From Candidatus Latescibacterota bacterium (GTDB lineage: Bacteria; Latescibacterota; UBA2968; GCA-2709665), in contig OZ242358.1 of the NCBI GenBank assembly GCA_965208835.1, positions 32,001-96,000 of the forward strand: a stretch of 64,000 bases of DNA. The letters run 5' to 3'. A program made the translations under genes and the position numbers. Below, piece by piece: positions 39,196 through 48,647 of this stretch. The notes below the pieces were generated by a model. The model searched no databases. It worked only from the letters and a program-made list of their open reading frames with translations, and had not been told where the DNA came from. How positions within the stretch are numbered: the first letter of the stretch is position 1; the number at the start of each line of letters is the position of its first letter.

Positions 39196-40290
39196 CTAAC
39201 CTTCGCCGTCCAGGACGCGCGTCATTTCGACAAGTTCCGCTTTAAGGGCATTTCGCCGGGTCCGGTATTCTTCCTCCGGGAGGCGCCCCTTCTCGTACCG
39301 GTCATCCAAATCCGCGATCTGGTGCATCAGGGCGGTTCTGCGCGCCCGGAGGTCCGGCGCGCCATCGGCAGGCGCTCGCGCGGCGGAATCCGCTTTTCCG
39401 GCCGGGCGGAAGAAGATGGCAAGTAGCGCGCATGCGATCGCCAGCCCAATCAGCACCCACCTGATGCCGATATCACTCGACAATGCCGAAAAAGACCACG
39501 GCGACGTGTTTATTTCCAGGTCGATCCGGTCGCCCCGGTTGAAACCGGCCCCCGAGAACCTCCGAAAACTGTGTTGATCGACCGTGACTTCACCCCGGTC
39601 CTGGAGCGCGCCCGCGGTTACATCCACGTCCGCGGGACGCACAAAGACTTCCACGGACTTCGTGGGATAACTCACGGTCTGCGCCAGACGACCCGAGGCG
39701 GGCAGGTCAAAAACAAACGGCAAATGGCTGTGACCCGGGCGAACGGGGTCCGGATTCACGAGGATTTTGCCGTGGGTGTGAAGTCCCTGCGGACCGTCCC
39801 TCACTTCCGTCACGCCGTCAGGCAGGAGAACCTCCAGGCCGTGTCCGTGGCCCCCGCCGGTCCTGAACGTGCGGTTGCCACTGTTCTCTACAAACAGGAT
39901 CTGTTCAACCCGCTTTTCCGCCGCGTCGACGATGATGTGGTGAGAGACAACGGAGAGAGCGGTGTCCGAGCCGGTGGTTTCGTAGACGGCGATTTCATTG
40001 GGGCCGTCCGATAGACGCTGGTGGTAATTTACGCCCGCATAGGATGCCAAGAGAAACCAGAGCGCGCCATCGCCTCCAGCGTTCCGGAACGAGAATCGGC
40101 CGTGACTATCGGTGGTGTCCTGACCGACGATTTCAGGTTCGGCGGCCTGGCGAACCAGCAATACCACGCAGTCGTTCTGAGGGCTGGAAAGCGTCTCATT
40201 GATAACGCGGCCAACAACCAGGCCATTCGCAGGGATGGCGTGCGAAAGACCGATCAGCACAAAGGCGAAGCAGCGGAGACGTATGCTCAT
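39196..40290 (-). CDS. Hypothetical exported beta-domain protein with TM and CcmI-like C-terminus
   Basis: Signal peptide, TTDSHGRFSF beta motif, His-rich patches, TM, IADLDDRYEKG.LPEEEY tail. Confidence 0.7.
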   Translation of the reverse strand: MSIRLRCFAFVLIGLSHAIPANGLVVGRVINETLSSPQNDCVVLLVRQAAEPEIVGQDTTDSHGRFSFRNAGGDGALWFLLASYAGVNYHQRLSDGPNEIAVYETTGSDTALSVVSHHIIVDAAEKRVEQILFVENSGNRTFRTGGGHGHGLEVLLPDGVTEVRDGPQGLHTHGKILVNPDPVRPGHSHLPFVFDLPASGRLAQTVSYPTKSVEVFVRPADVDVTAGALQDRGEVTVDQHSFRRFSGAGFNRGDRIDLEINTSPWSFSALSSDIGIRWVLIGLAIACALLAIFFRPAGKADSAARAPADGAPDLRARRTALMHQIADLDDRYEKGRLPEEEYRTRRNALKAELVEMTRVLDGEG

Positions 40291-40375
40291 GGGTGTGATT
40301 CCGCGAGGGCCTTTCCGCATTGAGGACAGAAGCGAGCGCCCTCCGGCGTTGCGCGCCCGCACCGGGCGCAGTTGA

Positions 40376-40714
40376 TCATGTCTTTTTCCTGAGTGCGGCG
40401 ATTTGCTCTTCGATGCGGTCCTCGATTTTCTGCGTGGGACCGGCGGTTTCCTCGATAGCCCGCATCAGTTCCACGGCCCTGTTCTCGTAGCGTGAGCGGG
40501 TTGCGCGATAGTCGTCCTCTTCCACCTTCCCCATGCGATGGTCGAAATCCAGTTCGCGGATGGCGTCAAAGAGGGCTTCCCTTGCCTCAATGAGCTGGTT
40601 GCCACCACCGGATCCGGCATCCGTCTCTCCAATCCGGCCCCTCACGGTAAGGAACGGACGGAACAGGAAGATGCAGACAGCCGCGACAATGACGATGCAG
40701 ACCGCGACGCTCAC
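40376..40714 (-). CDS. CcmI N-terminal-like protein
   Basis: TM then IRELDFDHRMGKVEEDDY; GTG start overlaps the ccmH stop. Confidence 0.7.
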   Translation of the reverse strand: MSVAVCIVIVAAVCIFLFRPFLTVRGRIGETDAGSGGGNQLIEAREALFDAIRELDFDHRMGKVEEDDYRATRSRYENRAVELMRAIEETAGPTQKIEDRIEEQIAALRKKT

Positions 40715-41175
40715 AGTTCCCGCTCCCTGAGTTCCTTCTCCAGCCTTTGTCTGTACGGATCGCCGGCCTCTGTCTCCGGGACCCTGCCGACCGCGGGAGC
40801 GGCCCGTTGACGCGACCAGTTGCGCAACACGGCCCCCAGTACAAAGGCGCCAAGCAGCAGAACCATGATGGGCATGATCCAGGCGGAAAGGTTGAAGCCC
40901 GAGGCGGGGGGCGTCACGTAGGCTTCCTGCCCGAATTCCGCAACAAAGCCCGCGATGATGGCTTCCCTGTCCTGACCCGCTTCCAGGGCTTCGGCAATGC
41001 GCGCTCTCTTTTGATCCGCCCAGCCGCATTCGCACTCGTCCAGCGGACGTCTGGGACACGTGCCGCAGAGACAGGCGAGGCCCTTTGCCACCTCTCTAAC
41101 CCGCTCCTGCGACACTTCGGCGGTTACCGAGCCCGCGATCGGGAGAAGCAGGAGCGCAGGGAGGATCAACCTCAT
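40711..41175 (-). CDS. ccmH: Cytochrome c biogenesis protein CcmH
   Basis: Signal peptide, LACLCGTC...CEC, FVAEFG...PP..GFN.SAWIMP, TM. Confidence 0.85.
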   Translation of the reverse strand: MRLILPALLLLPIAGSVTAEVSQERVREVAKGLACLCGTCPRRPLDECECGWADQKRARIAEALEAGQDREAIIAGFVAEFGQEAYVTPPASGFNLSAWIMPIMVLLLGAFVLGAVLRNWSRQRAAPAVGRVPETEAGDPYRQRLEKELREREL

Positions 41176-41270
41176 CACATGAACGGAGAGCCGGGGAAAG
41201 ACCGCGCCGGCTGTCTCCCGCGTCCCATCTACAGTTGATTGTTTTATCTTTTTCAGGTTGAATCCCTTCA

Positions 41271-41456
41271 GGAGTTGGTTTAAAACTTCCAGTGCGTTCC
41301 CGAGCGCGTGCGAAAGGGTGTCGGGCAAGGCGGGCGAATTCGCGCAAGAGAGGCGAGCGAGCGCAGCCTCGACCTCTCGATACTGGTGAATTTGGCCAAC
41401 GCAGCCCGACGCGTTTGCAGCCGCGCGAAGACCGCTGGGAGTTTTCATCCAGCTCC
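41271..41456 (-). mobile_element. MITE family A, copy 6 (most diverged)
   Basis: GGAGTTGGTTTAAAACT...AGTTTTCATCCAGCTCC; body aligns to the family; abuts the ccmF TAA stop. Confidence 0.8.
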
Positions 41457-43439
41457 TTAGGATGCGGCAGGGAACCGGACGGTACGTCCGCGCCTGTGAC
41501 GTTCCCGCCGGTCGGGCAGGATGGCGATCACCGTCCCGAGCGTAAGAACCCATGCGCCTATCCACACCCACATTACGAGGGGATTGACGTAGATCCTGAA
41601 CATGGCGGCGCCGTCGAGGTCCGGGCCCTCATACAGGACATAGAGGTCTTCGCGCAGGCTGGAGCGCACGGCGACTTCGGTCGTTCGCTGCTGGTCCTTT
41701 CGTTTGTAGTAGACGTGCTGTTCCGGCCACATTGTACCCAGACGTTCGTCCCCCTGGTACACGCCCAGTTGGGTCTGTATTACGATGGTGAGCGGATTCC
41801 GGGTCTGGGACGAGCCTTCGTACACGAGTCGGTATTTGCCGAGGGTCGCGGATTCTCCATGCTTCAGTCCCGCTTCGATTTCCCGGTTGAAGGCGTTGCC
41901 GGTGAAGCCGAAGAAGAGGAGGACGACGCCGAAGTGGACGATGTATCCGCCGTAACGCCGGCGGTTTCGGACGGTGAGCGACCAGAGCGCTTTGAGATAC
42001 GGCTCCTTTGAACTGCTGCCCCGCGCCTTCGCGCCTCTGTGAAACTCGGATGCAATGGCGCCCGTCACGAAGCCGCAAAGCGTAAATGAGATCAGCGCGT
42101 ACAGTTCGCGCGCGCCAAGGGCGAATGCCGCGGCGCCGCAGACGAGACCGAAGATGCCCGGCCCGGCGAAGTGCTTTTTCAGGCTGCGCGCCGACGTCTT
42201 CCGCCAGGCCAGCAGCGGTCCGACGCCCGTCAACAGAAGAAGGAGCAGACCGATGGGCGTCATAACCGTGCTGAAAAAGGGAGGACCAACGGTGACTTTG
42301 GAGCCGGTGACGGCTTCGGATAGTACAGGGAACATCACGCCCCAGAACACCGCAAAAGCGGCGGTGAGGAAAAGCAGATTATTGAGGAGAAATCCGCCTT
42401 CCCGGGAGACCGGAGATTCGTATTCGTTTCTGCTCTCGAGCAACGCCCTCCTCCGCCACAGGATGCCCGCGGAGAAGACCACGATTACCGCCAGGAAATA
42501 GAGGAATACGTCGCCGATCGGCGACTGGGCGAATGCGTGCACGGAGGAAACCAGGCCGCTGCGGGTCAGGAAAGTGCCGTAGATGCACAGCGTAAAGGTG
42601 AGTATGATGAGCGCCATGTTCCAGACTTTGAGCATCCCTTTCTTTTCCTGGATCATGACCGAGTGCAGAAATGCGGTGCCCGTGAGCCAGGGAAGCAGAG
42701 CGGCGTTTTCAACCGGGTCCCAACCCCAGTACCCGCCCCATCCCAGGACCACGTAGGCCCAGTTCCCGCCCAGAAGCTGCCCGGTCCCCAGGAAAAACCA
42801 GGGCCAGATGGTCCAGCGCCGGGTGGTCCGGATCCACTCCTCGTCCACCTGCCTGCTCAGGAGCGCGGCCATTGCAAACGCATACGGCACGATGAATCCC
42901 ACGTAACCGAGATACAGCATGGGAGGGTGAATGGCCATGGCCGGATGGACGAGCAGCGGATTCATGCCCTGGCCGTCGGCCGCCGTAAAGCCGAGTTCGA
43001 GGAAAGGATTCTCGTAATACCCGATGAGGACGAGGAAGAAGACCTGGGTGAGCGACATCACGACGGTCGCGTAGGAGGCGAGCGGACCCCGGAAACCGCG
43101 GGTATTGCGCGTGGCGAAGAAGTTGAAACCGGCCAGAATAAAGGCCCAGAGCAGGAGCGAACCTTCCATGCCCGACCAGACCGCGGTGAACTTATAGGGC
43201 ATCGGCAGGTCGCGGCTGGAATGGCCGGCCACGTAGTGAAGGTCGAAGCGGTCGGTGAGAAAAAAGGACTCCAGCAGCCCGAAGGCCCCCAGAACCATCA
43301 GAAAAGTGGCGGCAACCGCGCGTTCCGTGCTGAGTGTGAGGTTCAGCCTGCCGGTCCGGCCGGCCAGAACGCCGGACACCGCCGCATAGAGGGACGTGAC
43401 AACCGAGAACCAGATGAGGAAGTTGCCGATTTCAGCCAT
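41457..43439 (-). CDS. ccmF: Heme lyase CcmF
   Basis: HPPMLYLGY, WAY..LGWGGYWGWDPVEN, TRSG..SSVHAF, NPLV.WVWIG. Confidence 0.96.
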   Translation of the reverse strand: MAEIGNFLIWFSVVTSLYAAVSGVLAGRTGRLNLTLSTERAVAATFLMVLGAFGLLESFFLTDRFDLHYVAGHSSRDLPMPYKFTAVWSGMEGSLLLWAFILAGFNFFATRNTRGFRGPLASYATVVMSLTQVFFLVLIGYYENPFLELGFTAADGQGMNPLLVHPAMAIHPPMLYLGYVGFIVPYAFAMAALLSRQVDEEWIRTTRRWTIWPWFFLGTGQLLGGNWAYVVLGWGGYWGWDPVENAALLPWLTGTAFLHSVMIQEKKGMLKVWNMALIILTFTLCIYGTFLTRSGLVSSVHAFAQSPIGDVFLYFLAVIVVFSAGILWRRRALLESRNEYESPVSREGGFLLNNLLFLTAAFAVFWGVMFPVLSEAVTGSKVTVGPPFFSTVMTPIGLLLLLLTGVGPLLAWRKTSARSLKKHFAGPGIFGLVCGAAAFALGARELYALISFTLCGFVTGAIASEFHRGAKARGSSSKEPYLKALWSLTVRNRRRYGGYIVHFGVVLLFFGFTGNAFNREIEAGLKHGESATLGKYRLVYEGSSQTRNPLTIVIQTQLGVYQGDERLGTMWPEQHVYYKRKDQQRTTEVAVRSSLREDLYVLYEGPDLDGAAMFRIYVNPLVMWVWIGAWVLTLGTVIAILPDRRERHRRGRTVRFPAAS

Positions 43440-43486
43440 TGTCGGAGCCGCGGGTCATCGGATAACCCGGCTTTCCTGGGTGGAGA

Positions 43487-43924
43487 TTACTTACTGTAGG
43501 ATTCCTTGATTTCTTCGTAGGACTGGCCCTCGTATTTCGAGGGGCACTTGGCCAACAGGGTTTCCGCGCGAAAGAGGCCGCTCGCGCCTACCTGGCCTTC
43601 CAGGACAACGTCGGCTTCATCCCTGAACGTGTCGGGCACAATGCCCGCATAGATCACGGGTCGCTTCGCCGAAAAGGCCTCGCCCTCAAGGGGCTCCCAG
43701 ATCTGGAACTCGACAATACGGTCCGGAAGTTTCCGTATCGTGCCGGGTGTGACCTTGCCCGCGAGCTTGATGCGTTTATTCACAAATTCGGTCTCTCGGG
43801 CTTGCAGTTCGGAAACGGTGAGGTAGTACATCGCCATTTTCTGCGAACTGGTAACGACCAGCAGAACAAGGCACGCGATAATGACCGCGAATCCCGAGAT
43901 GAACTTGACTTTTCGAACCGTCAT
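43487..43924 (-). CDS. ccmE: Heme chaperone CcmE, Cys-type (CxxxY)
   Basis: TM, Y.GIVPDTF, LLAKCPSKY. Confidence 0.92.
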   Translation of the reverse strand: MTVRKVKFISGFAVIIACLVLLVVTSSQKMAMYYLTVSELQARETEFVNKRIKLAGKVTPGTIRKLPDRIVEFQIWEPLEGEAFSAKRPVIYAGIVPDTFRDEADVVLEGQVGASGLFRAETLLAKCPSKYEGQSYEEIKESYSK

Positions 43925-44235
43925 AATCGGAGTTCCAGGAAGGTAATTTGCTTCAGGAAACCCTCACGGCGCCGCACTTATATTGACGTCCGGTCCCGGG
44001 TTTTGCGCCGTTTCGGTACGCCGGCACAGTTTGTGGGAGCGAAGCGCGGCCGACAACGAAATATAAAGAAGAACGGCGCATTATCCACATGAAAAAGGCG
44101 TTTGCGCGGTTTATCGGCAACCGGGGCGATGGTCCGCGCGGTGACCGGCCGGTTCCACGCATTGGCATCCTGCGGTGAGACTTCGTCGAAAAGCGGGTAT
44201 GTGACAAGATCCAAACCAAGCTCGATGCGCCAACC

Positions 44236-44264
44236 GTAGGGGCAGGTTTGAAACCTGCCCCTAC
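44236..44264. repeat. GTAG-type REP (perfect palindrome)
   Basis: GTAGGGGCAGGTTT-G-AAACCTGCCCCTAC. Confidence 0.75.
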
Positions 44265-44460
44265 TCACCCATGGCCGCGACCGCCGTACGTTTCATCTCT
44301 TCATGTCCCGGTCAGTCCCCTTTTTGTGCGCCTTAATCGCAGTTAATCCTGCATATTGCTTATCAATCACGGTCCAAATGGCTTGACAGAAGCCGTTCTG
44401 GAACCATATTCGGGACCGTCCTGTACCGACGGGCATTTCCGGGAGCTTTTCATTCCTTTA

Positions 44461-44648
44461 GAAGCTGTTTTAAAATTCCCAGCGGTCTTCGCGCGGCTGC
44501 AAAAGCGCCGTTCAGCGTTGGTCAAACCCACCCAAGAGTGGCGAGGGGCGCGCAGCCACGATACATTGGATATGGGCGGGTTTTCCCGCCTTGACCGCCA
44601 CTTTTTCGCTCGCGCTCGGGAGCTCACCGGTAATTTTAAAACAGCTTC
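44461..44648 (+). mobile_element. MITE family A, copy 7 (loop type 1)
   Basis: Perfect TIR GAAGCTGTTTTAAAATT/AATTTTAAAACAGCTTC; TTA on both sides. Confidence 0.9.
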
Positions 44649-44672
44649 TTAGATCGGATGAGGGAGGACGAC

Positions 44673-45503
44673 ATGGCTGTTCTGGACGCCGAGGCGCTGG
44701 ATTTCTGGGAGGAGAACGGATACGTTGTGGTGCCCGAGGCTGTGCCGCCGGAAAACTGCCGGGAGGCCGAGGCGGCCGTGTGGGCGTTTCTGGGTATGGA
44801 CGCCGAAGATGCTGAGACGTGGTACCCGGATCCGCCGAGGCCCGGAATTATGGTGGAGATGTACCAGAACCAGGCGCTGTGGAACAACCGCCAGCACCCC
44901 CGGGTGCACGGGGCATTTGCGGATGTCTGGGGGACCGAAAGGCTCTGGGTGAGTTTCGACAGGGCAAGTCTGAATCCCCCGGAGCGTCCTGGATTCAGTT
45001 TCAAGGGTCCCTATCTGCACTGGGATATTTCACTGGAGGACCCGTCGCGCTTCATGGTTCAGGGCGTGCTCTATCTGTCCGATACAGCTGCGAACCAGGG
45101 CGCGTTCACGTGCATCCCCGGCTTTCACAGGCGGATAGGGGCGTGGCTCGAGACGTTGTCCGACGATGACGACCCCAAACGACGGATGCAGGAGGAATTC
45201 GGTCATCAGGCGAAACCGATCGCCGGCAGGGAGGGCGATCTGGTCATCTGGCACAGCCTGTTGCCCCACGGAAGCAGTCCGAATTCGGCCGAACGGCCAC
45301 GGATCGTGCAATACATCACGATGAGTCCGGCGAAGGATGACGACGATTCGCTTCGGGAGAGCCGGATCGAGGGCTGGCGCGAACGCCTCACGGGATTGGG
45401 GAAGAACCAGAGGGAAAAGGAGCATTTGGAGGGTGGAACGGCGCGGTTGACTCCGCTCGGGCGAAAGCTGCTGGGCCTGGATCGCTGGCAGCACGGGCAA
45501 TGA
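44673..45503 (+). CDS. Phytanoyl-CoA dioxygenase (PhyH) family protein
   Basis: WEENGYVVV, LHWD, QGVLYL.DT, CIPGFH, GDLVIWHSLLPHG. Confidence 0.9.
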   Translation: MAVLDAEALDFWEENGYVVVPEAVPPENCREAEAAVWAFLGMDAEDAETWYPDPPRPGIMVEMYQNQALWNNRQHPRVHGAFADVWGTERLWVSFDRASLNPPERPGFSFKGPYLHWDISLEDPSRFMVQGVLYLSDTAANQGAFTCIPGFHRRIGAWLETLSDDDDPKRRMQEEFGHQAKPIAGREGDLVIWHSLLPHGSSPNSAERPRIVQYITMSPAKDDDDSLRESRIEGWRERLTGLGKNQREKEHLEGGTARLTPLGRKLLGLDRWQHGQ

Positions 45504-45568
45504 CCACCTAGCGAGACTGGACGAAACGGAGGACGAATAGTCACCAGTTTCCCGGATCGGAGCGATCC

Positions 45569-45769
45569 ATGTTTATTCGCCGCGACGACCGCGAATTCAG
45601 GCTGATTGCCAGGCATGACGGCGACTTCTGGCTTGTCGAGGTCTTTGAGATTGTGGACGGTGAGCAGCGCCTTCGTTTCGAGTACAAGCTGAACACGCCA
45701 CGGGATGAGACCACGGCGCGCGAACGCGCGTGGGAGCTCTTCTCTGCGCGGAATCTCGCGAAGGGCTGA
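45569..45769 (+). CDS. Small hypothetical protein
   Basis: GGAG RBS, 66 aa with beta-beta-beta-alpha-like pattern, fills the intergenic gap. Confidence 0.6.
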   Translation: MFIRRDDREFRLIARHDGDFWLVEVFEIVDGEQRLRFEYKLNTPRDETTARERAWELFSARNLAKG

Positions 45770-45807
45770 ACGATAACAAAAGCGCCATCGCAAAACCACG
45801 CACAAAC

Positions 45808-45848
45808 AAAAAAGCGGAGCCGATTCACATGTGAATCGGCTCCGCTTT
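45808..45848 (-). terminator. Intrinsic terminator of dnaK (38-bp perfect palindrome)
   Basis: AAAGCGGAGCCGATTCACATGTGAATCGGCTCCGCTTT with T tract on the minus strand. Confidence 0.85.
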
Positions 45849-45864
45849 GCTCTTTCGATTCTGA

Positions 45865-47787
45865 TCACTTCTTTTTGTCGTCATCCACCACTTCGTACTC
45901 CGCGTCCACCACGCCGTCATCCTGCTTCTGCTCGCCCGCGGCCTGCCCCGGCTCTCCCGGCGGAGCCCCGGGCTCCGGACCGGACTGCGAGGCCTGCGCA
46001 TACAGTTCGCTGGCCACCTGGTGCCACTGCTGGGTGAGCGCTTCGGTGGCGGATTTGATTTCGTCCGGGTTCTCGCCCTTGAGCGTTTCCTTTACCCGGT
46101 CCACCGCGGCCTGCACCTTGGCCTTGGCGTCTTCGCTGACTTTGTCGCCCATCTCTTCGAGCTGTTTTTCGGTCTGGTAGACCTGCTGGTCCGCCTGGTT
46201 GCGGGCTTCTATGCTCTCCCGCCGTTTCTTGTCGTCGGCGGCGTTTTCCTGGGCGTCGTTCACCATCCGGTCGATTTCCGCATCGGAAAGACCCGAGGAG
46301 GCCTCAATGCGAATGCTCTGTTCCTTGTTCGTGCCCATGTCTTTGGCGGACACGTTCATGATGCCGTTGGCGTCGATGTCGAAGCTGACCTCGATCTGAG
46401 GGGTGCCGCGGGGCGCGGGCGGGATGCCGTCCAGGTGGAACCGGCCGATCGTACGGTTGTCGACCGACATTTCCCGTTCGCCCTGGAGCACATGCACCTC
46501 AACCGATGGCTGGCTGTCGGCAGCGGTCGTGAATACCTGGGACTTCTTCGTGGGGATGGTTGTGTTGCGATCGATGAGCTTTGTCATCACGCCGCCCAGC
46601 GTCTCGATGCCGAGAGACAGCGGGGTCACATCCAGCAGCACCACGTCCTTGACGTCGCCGGACAGCACACCGGCCTGGATCGCGGCGCCTACCGCGACCA
46701 CTTCGTCCGGATTTACGCCCCGATTCGGGTCTTTGCCGAAGAGTTCCTTGACCGCCTCCTGGACCTTGGGAATGCGGGTGCTGCCGCCAACCAGAATGAC
46801 CTCGTTGATCTCCGATGGAGAAAGTCCCGCGTCCTTGATCGCCTGGATACACGGCCTCTTGGTGCGTTCGACCAGGTCTTCCACGAGTTGCTCGAACTTT
46901 GCCCTGGACAGGGTCAGGTTCATATGCTTGGGGCCGGACGCATCTGCCGTGACAAAGGGCAGGTTGACATCCGTCTGCAGGGAACTGGATAGCTCGCATT
47001 TGGCCTTTTCGGCCGCTTCCTTCAGCCGCTGAAGCGCCATCGGGTCGTTGCGCAGGTCGATGTTGTTCTCCCGCGCGAATTCATCCGCGAGCCAGTCGAT
47101 AATGCGCTGATCGAAGTCATCGCCGCCAAGGTGGGTGTCCCCATTGGTGGATTTGACCTCGAACACGCCATCGCCCAGTTCCAGGATGGAAATGTCGAAC
47201 GTTCCGCCGCCCAGGTCGTAGACGGCGATAATTTCGTCGGTTTTCTTGTCGAGGCCGTATGCCAGTGACGCGGCCGTGGGTTCGTTGACGATGCGCTTTA
47301 CTTCCAGGCCGGCGATCTTCCCCGCGTCCGTGGTGGCCTTCCGCTGTGCGTCGTTAAAATAGGCCGGAACCGTGATGACGGCATCCGTAACGGTCTCGCC
47401 GAGATACTCCTCGGCCGTCTGTTTCATTTTCTGAAGGACCATGGCCGAGATCTCGGGAGGCGTATACGTCTTGTCGCCCAGTCTTGCGGTTGCGAGCCCG
47501 TTACTCTCCCTCTGCACCTCGTACGGCACTTCTTCAATTTCACTGGGCACTTCCTCGTAACGCCTGCCCATAAAGCGCTTGATGGAGTAGACCGTATTCT
47601 GCGGGTTCGTCACGGCCTGTCTTTTTGCCACCTGACCGACGAGACGTTCGTCGTCCTTGGTGAAGGCGATAACCGACGGGGTGGTACGCCCGCCCTCGGT
47701 ATTGGGAATCACCACGGGATCGCCTCCTTCCATAACCGCCACGCAGGAGTTGGTCGTTCCCAGGTCGATTCCGATAACTTTGCCCAT
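45865..47787 (-). CDS. dnaK: Chaperone DnaK
   Basis: [34 protein letters not shown]. Confidence 0.99.
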   Translation of the reverse strand: MGKVIGIDLGTTNSCVAVMEGGDPVVIPNTEGGRTTPSVIAFTKDDERLVGQVAKRQAVTNPQNTVYSIKRFMGRRYEEVPSEIEEVPYEVQRESNGLATARLGDKTYTPPEISAMVLQKMKQTAEEYLGETVTDAVITVPAYFNDAQRKATTDAGKIAGLEVKRIVNEPTAASLAYGLDKKTDEIIAVYDLGGGTFDISILELGDGVFEVKSTNGDTHLGGDDFDQRIIDWLADEFARENNIDLRNDPMALQRLKEAAEKAKCELSSSLQTDVNLPFVTADASGPKHMNLTLSRAKFEQLVEDLVERTKRPCIQAIKDAGLSPSEINEVILVGGSTRIPKVQEAVKELFGKDPNRGVNPDEVVAVGAAIQAGVLSGDVKDVVLLDVTPLSLGIETLGGVMTKLIDRNTTIPTKKSQVFTTAADSQPSVEVHVLQGEREMSVDNRTIGRFHLDGIPPAPRGTPQIEVSFDIDANGIMNVSAKDMGTNKEQSIRIEASSGLSDAEIDRMVNDAQENAADDKKRRESIEARNQADQQVYQTEKQLEEMGDKVSEDAKAKVQAAVDRVKETLKGENPDEIKSATEALTQQWHQVASELYAQASQSGPEPGAPPGEPGQAAGEQKQDDGVVDAEYEVVDDDKKK

Positions 47788-47822
47788 TGTCAGCGTTCCT
47801 TTCTATGTGATGCCGGCGTGAT

Positions 47823-48116
47823 TTATGCCGCTTTTTCCTTGCTTTTGGATTTGGCGCCGCTGCCGCTCTTGCCTTTCGAATCCTTTTTCTTGTCTTTAGG
47901 CGCGTCTTTTTTCGCTGCCTCCTTGTATCCTTCGCTCCTGTAGTCGGTAATGTAGAAGCCAGACCCCTTGAAGATCAGCCCCGCACCGGCGCCGATGAGC
48001 CGCTTCAGCTTGCGTTCGCCGCACTTCGGACACTTGCGAAGCGGCGGCGACGTAATGCTCTGAAAATGCTCGAATTCATGGCTGCACGCTTCGCAAGCGT
48101 AGTCATATGTTGGCAT
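47823..48116 (-). CDS. FmdB family zinc-ribbon protein
   Basis: MPTYDYACEAC...CPKCG...FKGSGFYITDY. Confidence 0.9.
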   Translation of the reverse strand: MPTYDYACEACSHEFEHFQSITSPPLRKCPKCGERKLKRLIGAGAGLIFKGSGFYITDYRSEGYKEAAKKDAPKDKKKDSKGKSGSGAKSKSKEKAA

Positions 48117-48174
48117 AAACCGCTTCCTTATTCTGAATACTTCGGAATGATGATGGGTCCGACGGTGCATTTAA

Positions 48175-48191
48175 AGCAACATGAGTACCAA
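48175..48191 (-). promoter_or_regulatory. Putative sigma54 -24/-12 promoter of fmdB-dnaK
   Basis: Minus strand TTGGTACTCATGTTGCT: GG-N10-GC, one mismatch to TGGCAC-N5-TTGC. Confidence 0.55.
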
Positions 48192-48381
48192 AGCGTTGAA
48201 AACATACTGAAATGTATGAAAAACAAGCAGATATCGAATCAGGCCTGTATCCTGGACCCACCCGCAATCTGTCTTTTCTGCATAAATCTGCCATTTTGGC
48301 ATACACAAGAAGGGATGGCTGCAAAGTATGCAGCCATCCTTGTGTCCGCCAAATCTATCAACGATGTCAGCGCCAATTCGT

Positions 48382-48406
48382 GGGCGACCACAAGGGTCGC
48401 CCCTAC
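48382..48406 (-). repeat. GTAG-type REP
   Basis: Minus strand GTAGGGGCGACCCTTGTGGTCGCCC. Confidence 0.75.
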
Positions 48407-48436
48407 AAATCGAAATATGGCGCAGCAACCCGGCCA

Positions 48437-48647
48437 CCCGGCCCCTCAGAAGCGGGTAGACGTAAGAGGTAAGAGGGGAGAGATTGCCTGCCTTGTGAGG
48501 TTTCTTCTCGTGCCGGAGGCAACGAGGAATAACATACCCGGCGATGATCTCATCTACCGTCTTGCGTCTACCGTCTACCCGCCTCTCTTCTACCGTCTAC
48601 CCTCTCACCTCTACCCGCCTCTCTTCTACCGTCTTACCTCTTCCCTC
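48437..48647 (-). repeat. Structured repeat family D, copy 1, with TCTACCG heptamers
   Basis: Reverse complement aligns with 52711-52900 and 52921-53100. Confidence 0.75.

Noticed and set aside
44356-44652. Small recurring ORFs such as EAVLKFPAVFARLQKRR and MGGFSRLDRHFFARAREL
   Set aside because: These are translations of MITE family A; frames and stop codons are not conserved between copies.
48165-48195. CIRCE element upstream of dnaK
   Set aside because: Only a left-arm-like TTGGTACTC is present with no matching right arm after 9 nt; a sigma54 box fits better.
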